Assembly (NCBI GenBank): GCA_964491475.1
Contig: CAZBFO010000001.1
Span: 110,720-174,719, forward strand
Direction of reading: 5' to 3'
Length of the DNA stretch: 64,000 bases
Origin: an uncultured Gammaproteobacteria bacterium
GTDB taxonomy: Bacteria > Patescibacteriota > Patescibacteriia > SG8-24
Below, piece after piece: positions 29,704-37,984 of this stretch (the first letter of the stretch is position 1; each line of letters begins with the position of its first letter). Under the pieces are notes generated by a model. It made no database searches. It was given only the letters and a program-made list of their open reading frames with translations, and was not told where the DNA came from. The position numbers and the translations under genes are program-made.

Positions 29704-30483
29704 ATGTCTCCATTGCACGCGGCCGTTCTCGGCGTCGTCGAGGGCCTGACGGAATTCTTGCCCGTCTCCTCGACCGGTCATCTCATCCTGGCATCGCACC
29801 TGCTGGGCGTCGGCCAGTCCGATTTCCAGAAGACCTTCGAAATCGTCATTCAGCTGGGCGCCATCATGGCGGTGGTGCTGTTGTACTGGAAGTCGCTTTT
29901 GGACATCGAGGTGCTCAAACGACTGGTCATCGGTTTCATCCCTACGGGAGTGATCGGTCTGGCCCTGTACAAGGTGGTCAAGCGCTACCTGTTGGCCAGC
30001 GAGACGCTGGTGCTCTGGTCGCTGGCCATCGGCGGCATCGTGCTCATCGCCTTCGAGCTGTGGCAGCGCAGGCGGGCATTCGCGCATGATGACAGGGAAG
30101 ACGTAAAACGCATCACCTACAAGCAGGCCTTCGTCATCGGCCTGTTTCAGTCCATCGCCATCATTCCCGGCGTGTCGCGCTCCGCCGCCACCATCGTCGG
30201 CGGCATGGTACAGGGCATCGACCGCAAGACCACGGTGAAGTTCTCCTTTCTGCTGGCCGTGCCGACGATGCTTGCCGCGACGGGACTGGACCTGCTCAAG
30301 AACGCCAAGAGTTTCGCCCATGCGGACGCAACGGCGCTGGCCATCGGGCTGGCGGTGTCGTTCATCGTTGCCCTCGGTGCCATTCGGTTCTTTCTGGCCT
30401 TCGTGCGCACGCGTACGTTCATGCCGTTCGGCATCTACCGGGTGGTTGCGGCCCTGGCCTTCTGGGGCCTGTTCCTGAGCTGA
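29704..30483 (+). CDS. uppP: undecaprenyl-diphosphate phosphatase
   Basis: VEGLTEFLPVSSTGHL, SRSAATI and 8-TM layout of BacA/UppP. Confidence 0.9.
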   Translation: MSPLHAAVLGVVEGLTEFLPVSSTGHLILASHLLGVGQSDFQKTFEIVIQLGAIMAVVLLYWKSLLDIEVLKRLVIGFIPTGVIGLALYKVVKRYLLASETLVLWSLAIGGIVLIAFELWQRRRAFAHDDREDVKRITYKQAFVIGLFQSIAIIPGVSRSAATIVGGMVQGIDRKTTVKFSFLLAVPTMLAATGLDLLKNAKSFAHADATALAIGLAVSFIVALGAIRFFLAFVRTRTFMPFGIYRVVAALAFWGLFLS

Positions 30484-30497
30484 TCATGCTGAAGATG

Positions 30498-30526
30498 ACC
30501 GCCGCTTTCCGCGGCGGTTTTTCATT
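30498..30526 (+). terminator. rho-independent terminator ending the ECF operon
   Basis: ACCGCCGC-TTTCC-GCGGCGGT followed by TTTTTC. Confidence 0.75.
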
Positions 30527-30562
30527 TGCGAAGGAAGCCGGGAAAAGCTAGGCTGGAAGCGT

Positions 30563-31720
30563 ATGAAGATGCGACATGCCGTGGCCTTCACGACCGCACC
30601 GACGGCCCTGCTGACCGGGCTGCTGTTGTCGGTGTTTTTGCGCGGGCAGCAGCCCAAGCCGGCGCCGCAGCCTCACGCGCGCGAGCTGCCGCTCGCCGCC
30701 CTGCTGCCGGCGACTCTCGCCGCCGAAAATCCGGACGCTTCGGCCGTTTCTACGGAAAAGACGGCAGCGAAGAAAACGACGTTGGTCGCGGTGGGCGACA
30801 TCATGCTGTCACGCAACGTCGGGGCGATCATCCGCAAGCGCAAGGACGTGCGCTATCCGTACGCCGACACGGCAGAACTCACCCGCGACGCCGACATCGC
30901 CTTTGCCAACTTGGAAACGTCGATTACTCCCGGAAGGCCGATCAACACTGGCGAGATGACGTTCCGCGCCGACCCGGACACGGTCGACGGGCTCGCCGAC
31001 GCCGGGTTCGACGTCGTTTCGCTGGCAAACAACCATACGCCCAACTTCGGTCAGAAAGGCCTGGCTGACACCTTCAAGCACCTGCATGACGCGGGGGTCG
31101 CCTACGCGGGGGCCGGCGAAGACTACGCAGCCGCGCATCTGCCCGCTGTCATCGAGCGCAACGGATTGCGCTTCGCCTTCCTTGCCTACAACGATCACGA
31201 CGTCGTGCCGGAGTCATACGCGGCCGCGGACGGCCATGCCGGCACCGCCATAATGAACGTCGACGCGGTGAAGGCGGCCGTGAAGGCGGCACGCGAAATC
31301 GCGGACGTGATCATCGTCTCGATGCATTCGGGGCACGAGTACACCTACGTTCCGGACGCATCGCAGACGGCGTTCGCCCGCGCGGCCATAGATGCCGGCG
31401 CGGACCTGGTCATCGGTCACCACGCGCATGTGGTGCAGGCAGTCGAGCAGTACGGGGGCAAGATGATTTTCTACGGATTGGGCAATTTCATCTTCGACCA
31501 GCAGTGGTCGATACCGACGCGCGAAGGCATGGCGATCCGCGTGACCTTTGAAGGCACCCGCGTGGCGGACGCGGAAGCGTTCCCCGTGTACATCACGGAT
31601 GCCAAGCCGTCATTTGCCGATGGCATGACGGCGGACGAGACCTTGAGGCGTCTTGGCATGCCCGCACAGAAAACCGAGAACGGTTATCGGCTGACGGCCT
31701 TCGAACTGCACGGACAGTGA
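30563..31720 (+). CDS. CapA family protein (poly-gamma-glutamate synthesis / metallophosphatase-like)
   Basis: Signal/TM. VGDIML, NLETS, ANNH, GHHAH motifs of the CapA family. Confidence 0.85.
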   Translation: MKMRHAVAFTTAPTALLTGLLLSVFLRGQQPKPAPQPHARELPLAALLPATLAAENPDASAVSTEKTAAKKTTLVAVGDIMLSRNVGAIIRKRKDVRYPYADTAELTRDADIAFANLETSITPGRPINTGEMTFRADPDTVDGLADAGFDVVSLANNHTPNFGQKGLADTFKHLHDAGVAYAGAGEDYAAAHLPAVIERNGLRFAFLAYNDHDVVPESYAAADGHAGTAIMNVDAVKAAVKAAREIADVIIVSMHSGHEYTYVPDASQTAFARAAIDAGADLVIGHHAHVVQAVEQYGGKMIFYGLGNFIFDQQWSIPTREGMAIRVTFEGTRVADAEAFPVYITDAKPSFADGMTADETLRRLGMPAQKTENGYRLTAFELHGQ

Positions 31721-31848
31721 GCCGCGCGAAGCTTTGCGATGGAAGGTCGAAGGGACGCCCTTGTGAACGCCCTTTTTTTGTCGCACGGTCACACTCTGGC
31801 AAAACGCGCATTTTCCTGTATTCTTTGAGAAAAGCGCCGCCGAAACCT

Positions 31849-32619
31849 ATGTCTAAAGAGAAAAAACTGCCCACGTCCTGGGGTTCCGTCGCCGAGTGGT
31901 ACGACCGGCTCCTCGGCAAAGAGGACACCTTCCAGGCCAACGTCATTCTGCCCGGACTGATGCGGCTCATGGCCGTCCGGCCGGGAGAGCGCGTTTTGGA
32001 CCTTGCCTGCGGCCAGGGATTTTTTTCGTACGCGCTGGCGGCCTGCGGAGCGCAAGTCACCGGCACGGACATCGCGCCGGAACTGATCGCGCTGGCAAAA
32101 AAGAACGCGCCGCCCGGCTTGCAGGCGCAGTTCGCCGTGGCGCCGGCCAACGACCAGTCGCCGGTGGCGACCGGCTCGGTCGATCGCGTACTCATCACCT
32201 TGGCCATCCAGAACATCGAGGACGTGATGGGCACTTTTCGCGAGGCGCATCGCGTGCTCAAGCCGGGAGGCAAGTTCCACCTGGTGCTGAACCACCCTTC
32301 CTTCCGCGTGCCCAAGGGAAGCGGCTGGGAATGGGACGAGGGGAACAGGCAATACCGCCGCGTCGACAAGTACCTGTCGGAGTCGAAGGCGAAAATAAAG
32401 ATGAAGCCCGGCGGCGACCCCGGCGTGGTGACCGTTTCCTTCCACAGGCCGTTGCAGTTTTTCGTGAAAGCCTTGGCCGAATGCGGCTTCGTCGTGACCG
32501 ACCTCGAAGAATGGGCCTCGCACAAGAACAGCGATTCGGGGCCGCGCGCCGCGGAGGAGAACCGCGCACGCAACGAAATTCCCATGTTCATGTACCTCGA
32601 AGCTCAACGCTCACGCTGA
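31849..32619 (+). CDS. class I SAM-dependent methyltransferase
   Basis: VLDLACGQGFFS motif I (GxGxG), KPGGKFHLV motif. Start at MSKEKK. Confidence 0.8.
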   Translation: MSKEKKLPTSWGSVAEWYDRLLGKEDTFQANVILPGLMRLMAVRPGERVLDLACGQGFFSYALAACGAQVTGTDIAPELIALAKKNAPPGLQAQFAVAPANDQSPVATGSVDRVLITLAIQNIEDVMGTFREAHRVLKPGGKFHLVLNHPSFRVPKGSGWEWDEGNRQYRRVDKYLSESKAKIKMKPGGDPGVVTVSFHRPLQFFVKALAECGFVVTDLEEWASHKNSDSGPRAAEENRARNEIPMFMYLEAQRSR

Positions 32620-32634
32620 CCTTATGCCCGTCTT

Positions 32635-34506
32635 ATGAACTACGGACCGCGCACTCCCACGCTGCTCTATGACGGCGAGTGCCTGTTTTGCCGCACTTGG
32701 GTCGACTATTGGCAGCGCTGCACCGACGGCGTGCTGTACGAAACCGTGCAGGACGCCGGCGACGCGCATCCGGGCATCGCCCGCGAGCAGCAGCTTCGCG
32801 CGGTCCATTTCGTAGACGAGAACGGCAAGGTCACTGCCGGAGCGGCCGCGGTATTCTCGCTCCTCGCCCGCGCGCCGGGAAAGAAATGGCTCCTGTGGGC
32901 CTACGAGCACCTGCGCCCGTTCGCCTGGGCAAGCGAGCAGGCCTATGCGCTGATCGCCGCGCATCGTCCGTGGGCGATGGCGGTGACGCGCGTGCTGTGG
33001 GGACGCCGCATCGAGAAGCCGAGTTTCGCCGTCGGCCGATGGCTCTTTACTCGGAGCGTGGGCGTCATCTACCTGATCGCCTTCATTTCGTTTGCGGTGC
33101 AGCTTTCGGGGCTGATCGGCGGAGCGGGAATCCTGCCGGCCTCGACGTTCCTGGCGGCGGCCAGCGACCGTTACGGTGCGGCGGCCTTTTGGCTGTATCC
33201 GACCATGGCCTGGTTCGGCGCGAGCGATGCCGCCTTGCAAGTCATGACCATGGTGGGCGCGGCCTCCGCCATCGCCGTCATCAGCGGATTCGCCGTGCTT
33301 CCCGCGCTTGCCGTCGCCTACGTCTGCATGCTGTCGTTGGTCACGGTGGGCCAGGATTTTTTCGCCTACCAGTGGGACGTGCTGCTGCTGGAGATGGGTT
33401 TCCTGGCGATTCTCGTCGTTCCGACGGGACTGGGCCGCGATGCCGCCGCAAAGGAACCGTCCGCCGCCGCGCGTTGGCTGCTGTGGCTGCTGCTGTTCCG
33501 CGTGACGTGGGGCTCGGGCCTGGTGAAGATGTATTCCGGCGACACCAGCTGGCGCACGCTGACTGCGCTGTCGTACCACTACTTCACGCAGCCGCTGCCG
33601 AATCCGCTGTCTTGGACGATGCAGTGGACCTCTGCGGGATTCCAAAAGCTGCAGACCTTGTCTGCGCTGCTGATCGAGCTGGCCGTGCCGTTCCTGCTGT
33701 TCGCCCCGCGCCGGCTGCGCATGGCCGGCGCCGCCGTGACGGTTGCCTTTCATCTGCTGATCGCCGCCACGGGCAACTTCGCTTTTTACAATCTCGAGGT
33801 GATGGCGCTGTGCCTGACCTGCTTCGATGACCAGTGGTACCGCTGGGCGTTCCGCAAGAAGAAGATGCCGGTGCCGGTTCCGGAGAACGCCAAGGCCAAG
33901 CCGCCGCTGCGCGTTTTGGCCGGCGCGGGTCTTTCTCTGCTGTTCGCCGCCGACGCCGTCTTGCTCTCTTCGGCGGCCGCGGGAAGGTTTTATCCGCGCG
34001 GCATCGTCGGTGCCGCCTTGGGTGCTGCGGCCCCGTTGCGCCTGGCCAACGTCTACGGCGCCTTCGCCGTGATGACCACGGAGCGCCGCGAGGTGGTGAT
34101 CGAGGGAAGCGAGGACGGCCAGAACTGGAAAGAGTACGGTTTCCGCCACAAGCCCGGCGACGTGCTGCGCCAACCAGGATGGGTGGCCCCGCACGATCCT
34201 CGGCTGGACTGGCAGATGTGGTTCCTGCCCTTCGGCGAATGGCAGGAGCATCAGTGGTTCGTGAGCCTGCTGATGCGCCTGCTGCAGGGCACGCCCGAAG
34301 TCACTTCGCTGCTGGCGCAAAACCCGTTTCCGGACTATCCGCCGCGTTACGTGCGCGCGCTCCTGTACGATTATCGCTTCACCACCCGCGAAGAACGGAT
34401 GGTCGACGGCGCCTGGTGGCATCGCGAGCTGATCGGCGAATACGCGCCGCTGATGTCCTTGCAGACCATGGCCGACGTGTTCAGGTCGGCATCGCGCGGC
34501 CGTTGA
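32635..34506 (+). CDS. lipase maturation factor family protein with N-terminal DCC-type thiol-disulfide oxidoreductase domain
   Basis: N-terminal YDGECLFCRTWVDYW (DUF393/DCC family CxxC), then a polytopic membrane domain and C-terminal region as in LMF1-like proteins. Confidence 0.75.
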   Translation: MNYGPRTPTLLYDGECLFCRTWVDYWQRCTDGVLYETVQDAGDAHPGIAREQQLRAVHFVDENGKVTAGAAAVFSLLARAPGKKWLLWAYEHLRPFAWASEQAYALIAAHRPWAMAVTRVLWGRRIEKPSFAVGRWLFTRSVGVIYLIAFISFAVQLSGLIGGAGILPASTFLAAASDRYGAAAFWLYPTMAWFGASDAALQVMTMVGAASAIAVISGFAVLPALAVAYVCMLSLVTVGQDFFAYQWDVLLLEMGFLAILVVPTGLGRDAAAKEPSAAARWLLWLLLFRVTWGSGLVKMYSGDTSWRTLTALSYHYFTQPLPNPLSWTMQWTSAGFQKLQTLSALLIELAVPFLLFAPRRLRMAGAAVTVAFHLLIAATGNFAFYNLEVMALCLTCFDDQWYRWAFRKKKMPVPVPENAKAKPPLRVLAGAGLSLLFAADAVLLSSAAAGRFYPRGIVGAALGAAAPLRLANVYGAFAVMTTERREVVIEGSEDGQNWKEYGFRHKPGDVLRQPGWVAPHDPRLDWQMWFLPFGEWQEHQWFVSLLMRLLQGTPEVTSLLAQNPFPDYPPRYVRALLYDYRFTTREERMVDGAWWHRELIGEYAPLMSLQTMADVFRSASRGR

Positions 34507-34511
34507 ACGCG

Positions 34512-34541
34512 GGCAAAAGAAAAGCCCCGCGAGTGCGGGGC
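34512..34541 (-). terminator. terminator (minus-strand U-run) between convergent genes
   Basis: GCCCCGC-GAGT-GCGGGGC hairpin; on the minus strand it is followed by TTTTCTTTTG. Confidence 0.65.
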
Positions 34542-34552
34542 GGGACTGAATT

Positions 34553-35077
34553 TCAGGCGTGACGGATGGTGACCATGCGCACGCCCGCATGGTTCAGGCT
34601 GCACAGGTCGTCGTCCATGGACAGCTTGCGGTCGTGCCAGGCGTCCAGAATGGCGTCGTAGAGCCGGTCGGCCAGGTCCCAAGGGAGCGCCGCGTGATCT
34701 CCCAACCTGGAAACGAAGTAGGCGCGCGGCACGCGGACGGTCTTGCCGCCGTTCTGGTAGGTGCAGCCCTCCTCGTGGATGATGACGTACTGCGGCGAGT
34801 CGCTTCGGCAAAGGAGCGACCTGCAGGCCAGAATGACTTCCTGGTAGGCCAGGAAGCAGGCGAGCGCGACGTCGTCTTCGACCACCTCCTTCCCGTGCGC
34901 CGCGCACTCGTTGCTGCGGACTTCGAGTTCCGCGCTGCGACCGCATGCCAATCCGGTTTTCAGATTGAAGCGGTCAGAGATGATGGCGGCGAGGTCGTCC
35001 ACGGTCAGCATGGCGCGGACCGCATTGACGACCTCGATTGCGCGCTTGCGCCAATCTTCCCGGACTTCCTGCACCAT
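34553..35077 (-). CDS. hypothetical Cys-rich protein (174 aa)
   Basis: Nine Cys (ACGRSAELEVRSNECAAHG...ALACFLAYQEVILACRSLLCRS...EGCTYQNG). GC3 bias. Sits between the LMF/DCC gene and ccdA. Confidence 0.45.
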   Translation of the reverse strand: MVQEVREDWRKRAIEVVNAVRAMLTVDDLAAIISDRFNLKTGLACGRSAELEVRSNECAAHGKEVVEDDVALACFLAYQEVILACRSLLCRSDSPQYVIIHEEGCTYQNGGKTVRVPRAYFVSRLGDHAALPWDLADRLYDAILDAWHDRKLSMDDDLCSLNHAGVRMVTIRHA

Positions 35078-35132
35078 TGCGCTGGTTTTTGTCACTGTCC
35101 ACTTCCTTTGTCCAAAGGGTGCCGCCAACCTA

Positions 35133-35162
35133 TCAAAAAAATGGCCCCGTGTCAACGGGGCC
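35133..35162 (-). terminator. terminator after ccdA (minus strand)
   Basis: GGCCCCG-TGTCAA-CGGGGCC plus AAAAAAA on the plus strand (U-run on minus). Confidence 0.7.
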
Positions 35163-35168
35163 GCCATT

Positions 35169-35936
35169 CTATCGGTAGTGGAGTTTGGCCAGGAAATCGG
35201 CCGCACCGACGTTGAAATCGGACAGCAGCTTGGTATCCGCCCCCAGGCTCCCCATGAAGAACGTGCCCTGCGAGGCGATGAAGACGATGCCCAGCACCAC
35301 CATGAACGCGGCGGCCACGGCATTGGTCGAATGCACCGAACGTTCCTTGCCGACCAGCGTGAAGGTCCACAGTTTTCCCTTGAGCGCCGGATGATGGAGG
35401 AACTTGGTCCTGTCGGCAACGAAGGCCAGCGCCAGCAGCGGCGTCGCCAGTCCCAAGCCGTAAGCGGCCAAAATGAAGAACGAGAACAGGCGGTGCGGCT
35501 CCATTGCCGACAAGGCGAACACCAGGCCGAGCAGAGGCGCCGTGCAGCCAGCCACGGTGAAACCGAAGACGATGCCGATCAGATAGGACGAGAGCGCGTC
35601 ATGGTGAAAGCCGCGTTTGGTCAGAAATTGCGGTACGGGGACGTGAAGACCGCGTCCGGCCAAGGCGTAAGCGGCGAGGCCGAAGAACAGCATCCCGCCG
35701 ATCCAAGTCAGCTCCCGACGGTGCAGCAGCAACGGCGCCGAAATCAGGCGGATGCCGAGCCCCAGAGGAATGAACAGCGTCAGGAACCCGGCCAGGAACC
35801 AGCAGGTGGCGGCGATCAGCTCGGACCGCTTCTTGAAGGTGTACGCGAAAAAACTGGGCAGCAGCACGGCCCCACAAGGTGCGAAAAACGACAACAGGCC
35901 GGCGAGGTAGGCGATGGGGACGGCGGGAACGCGCAT
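35169..35936 (-). CDS. ccdA: cytochrome c-type biogenesis protein CcdA (DsbD-family thiol-disulfide transporter)
   Basis: LLSFFAPCGAVLLPSF and second Cys motif FTVAGCTAPLL in a 6-TM protein. Confidence 0.75.
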   Translation of the reverse strand: MRVPAVPIAYLAGLLSFFAPCGAVLLPSFFAYTFKKRSELIAATCWFLAGFLTLFIPLGLGIRLISAPLLLHRRELTWIGGMLFFGLAAYALAGRGLHVPVPQFLTKRGFHHDALSSYLIGIVFGFTVAGCTAPLLGLVFALSAMEPHRLFSFFILAAYGLGLATPLLALAFVADRTKFLHHPALKGKLWTFTLVGKERSVHSTNAVAAAFMVVLGIVFIASQGTFFMGSLGADTKLLSDFNVGAADFLAKLHYR

Positions 35937-36034
35937 AGACACTACCGATGGTAGTTCAGTTGCACCTTGGCGGCAAGCGGAAATTATCAACAACGAAACC
36001 TCCGAGCGCATCGGAGGTCTTCGCGATCGGCAGC

Positions 36035-37453
36035 CTACGGCGCCGTTTCTACGGGAGGCGTCGGCCCTACGATGGTCAGCGGGTCGCCGGCAGGATGCAG
36101 ATCGAGCATCTTTTGGCTGGTGGTGAGCACGTTGGTCCAACGGTAACCGAACGCCAGGAAGACGTCCTCGCTGGGAATCGGGCGCTTTTTGCCGCCGGAA
36201 ATCACATACACCGTCGGGTCGTTCGGCGTCTTGACCAGCACGCCGTCGTCGAAGCGCACGGGATCGCCGTCGGTCATGGCCGAGAGCTCCTCGTGCGAAG
36301 CGCGGCCGATGGGCTCTTCGGAGAAATTGACGATGAGCAGGGCGCGGTCGTACAGCGCGCGCTTCACGTGATCGGTCACGTAGTAGATGCCGCCGGTCTG
36401 CGTGTCCTGCAGCAGTTCGCCGGCAGCGGACTCGGTGTCTTCGGTGATGGGATCGCCGTCGGCATAGTCGGCGAGATCGGCAGCCTTGGCGTCCTCGACT
36501 TCCTCGGGATTGAAGCCGATTTTGGAAAACGCTTCCATGGAGACGATGCGGCGCTTGGTGCTGCCGACCAGCAGGTAGATGGCGCCGTCCTCGACGCGGA
36601 CCAACGAGAAGTCGGAGAAGCGCACCGGACGGCCGAGCGAGTGCTGGATGAAGCCGGAGAAGACATCGTGGTCCACGTCCACCGGCATGATGCCGCCGAA
36701 GCGCGAGGTCAGCACCGCCGGGCTGACGATCGGGCGGAACTTGCCGTTCTGCACCAGGGCGATGGCGCCGGTCTTGGCGTCGCGGGCCAGCGTGCCGTCG
36801 GGGAAGTCCATGTGGGAGCTGCCGTCACCGAACCATCGGTTCCAGATGTTCCAGAGCAGCAGGTTACCGTGGATATGCGGCGTGTAGCTGTACAGCGCGG
36901 CAGTGGCCAAGTTGTCGGGAGTGACCTGCAGATTATTGACGGCATACGTCACGCCGGGCCGATGCAGCCCGCTTCCCGTCGAGGCATGCTGAAAGTACCA
37001 GTCAATCCAACCCGCGCCGGCGTCGACCTGCCTGGCAAAGCCGCGGTACTTCTTGGCAAGCGAGTTGGTCCGCTTGCAGCCGTCGCAGAGCGCGTAGCCG
37101 GTGGCCCATTCCAGCTGTTTTCTCGCTGGCAAGTCGGTCTCGACCGCGCTCGATTCCTTCTGGATCAGCGCCAAAATGTATTGCGGATTGACCTGATAGC
37201 GCGTGGCGGCGTCGGCCACGATCTGCGCGGCGTTCTTGCGCTTGCCGTCGACGGGGTCGGTGTCGCGAACATCTGCCAAACCGCCCTTCTTCTGCAGAAA
37301 GTCGCGGATGTCCTCGTAAGACATCGAGGACGAGCGCCGTAAGGTGGAGTCGTCGAGAATGTGTTCGGGGTTGAACGTGGCCGCTTGCGCCGCCGACGCC
37401 GCCAGCAAGGCCGCCGCCGAAACGGTCGCAAGAATGTTCCGCGCGAGTCGCAT
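36035..37453 (-). CDS. secreted protein with N-terminal lysozyme/glucosaminidase-like region and four ~55-aa C-terminal repeats
   Basis: Signal peptide MRLARNILATVSAAALLAASAAQA. YQVNPQYILALIQKESS motif. Four repeats with core G(A/G)IY(L/Y)V..G.KR.I.S..VF..(F)GF. Confidence 0.55.
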   Translation of the reverse strand: MRLARNILATVSAAALLAASAAQAATFNPEHILDDSTLRRSSSMSYEDIRDFLQKKGGLADVRDTDPVDGKRKNAAQIVADAATRYQVNPQYILALIQKESSAVETDLPARKQLEWATGYALCDGCKRTNSLAKKYRGFARQVDAGAGWIDWYFQHASTGSGLHRPGVTYAVNNLQVTPDNLATAALYSYTPHIHGNLLLWNIWNRWFGDGSSHMDFPDGTLARDAKTGAIALVQNGKFRPIVSPAVLTSRFGGIMPVDVDHDVFSGFIQHSLGRPVRFSDFSLVRVEDGAIYLLVGSTKRRIVSMEAFSKIGFNPEEVEDAKAADLADYADGDPITEDTESAAGELLQDTQTGGIYYVTDHVKRALYDRALLIVNFSEEPIGRASHEELSAMTDGDPVRFDDGVLVKTPNDPTVYVISGGKKRPIPSEDVFLAFGYRWTNVLTTSQKMLDLHPAGDPLTIVGPTPPVETAP

Positions 37454-37531
37454 ACGCCGAAAAGTATAGCAGAGCCGGAAGCAAATTGCGCAGATGACGC
37501 TGGGCGTCGCCCGTGCTACGCTATCCACACT

Positions 37532-37951
37532 ATGTCTTTCTCCGTCACGCCGTTTTCAAAGAAAATCGAAAAACCCTGGGGGTACGAAGTGATTTTCACG
37601 CCGGAACATTCCCCGCGGCTGGCCAAGATCCTTTTTGTGAAGGCGGGACGGCGGCTTTCGCTGCAATATCATGACGCCAAGGAGGAGACGCTCTGCCTGC
37701 TCACCGGAAAGGCCGTCATTTGGCTCGAAAACGAAGCCGGAGAAATACTCAAGACGCCGATGGAAATGCACAGGGGCTACGCCATCAGCGTGATGCAAAA
37801 GCACCGCGTGGAGGCGATCGAGGACGCCTTCGTGATCGAGTCGTCAGATCACGAGAAGGGCAACACCTTTAGGCTGGAGGACGATTACAGCCGCGGCACG
37901 GAGACCGAGGACGTGCGGAGGCTCGAGGATCGCGGATGGAACCGCCCGTAA
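37532..37951 (+). CDS. cupin domain protein (mannose-6-phosphate isomerase-like)
   Basis: KPWGYE motif and beta-barrel cupin signature (LSLQYHDAKEET, MEMHRGYAISVMQKHRVE). Confidence 0.7.
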   Translation: MSFSVTPFSKKIEKPWGYEVIFTPEHSPRLAKILFVKAGRRLSLQYHDAKEETLCLLTGKAVIWLENEAGEILKTPMEMHRGYAISVMQKHRVEAIEDAFVIESSDHEKGNTFRLEDDYSRGTETEDVRRLEDRGWNRP

Positions 37952-37984
37952 TCTGGCTTGGGGACGGCGTGATACACTGCGGGT

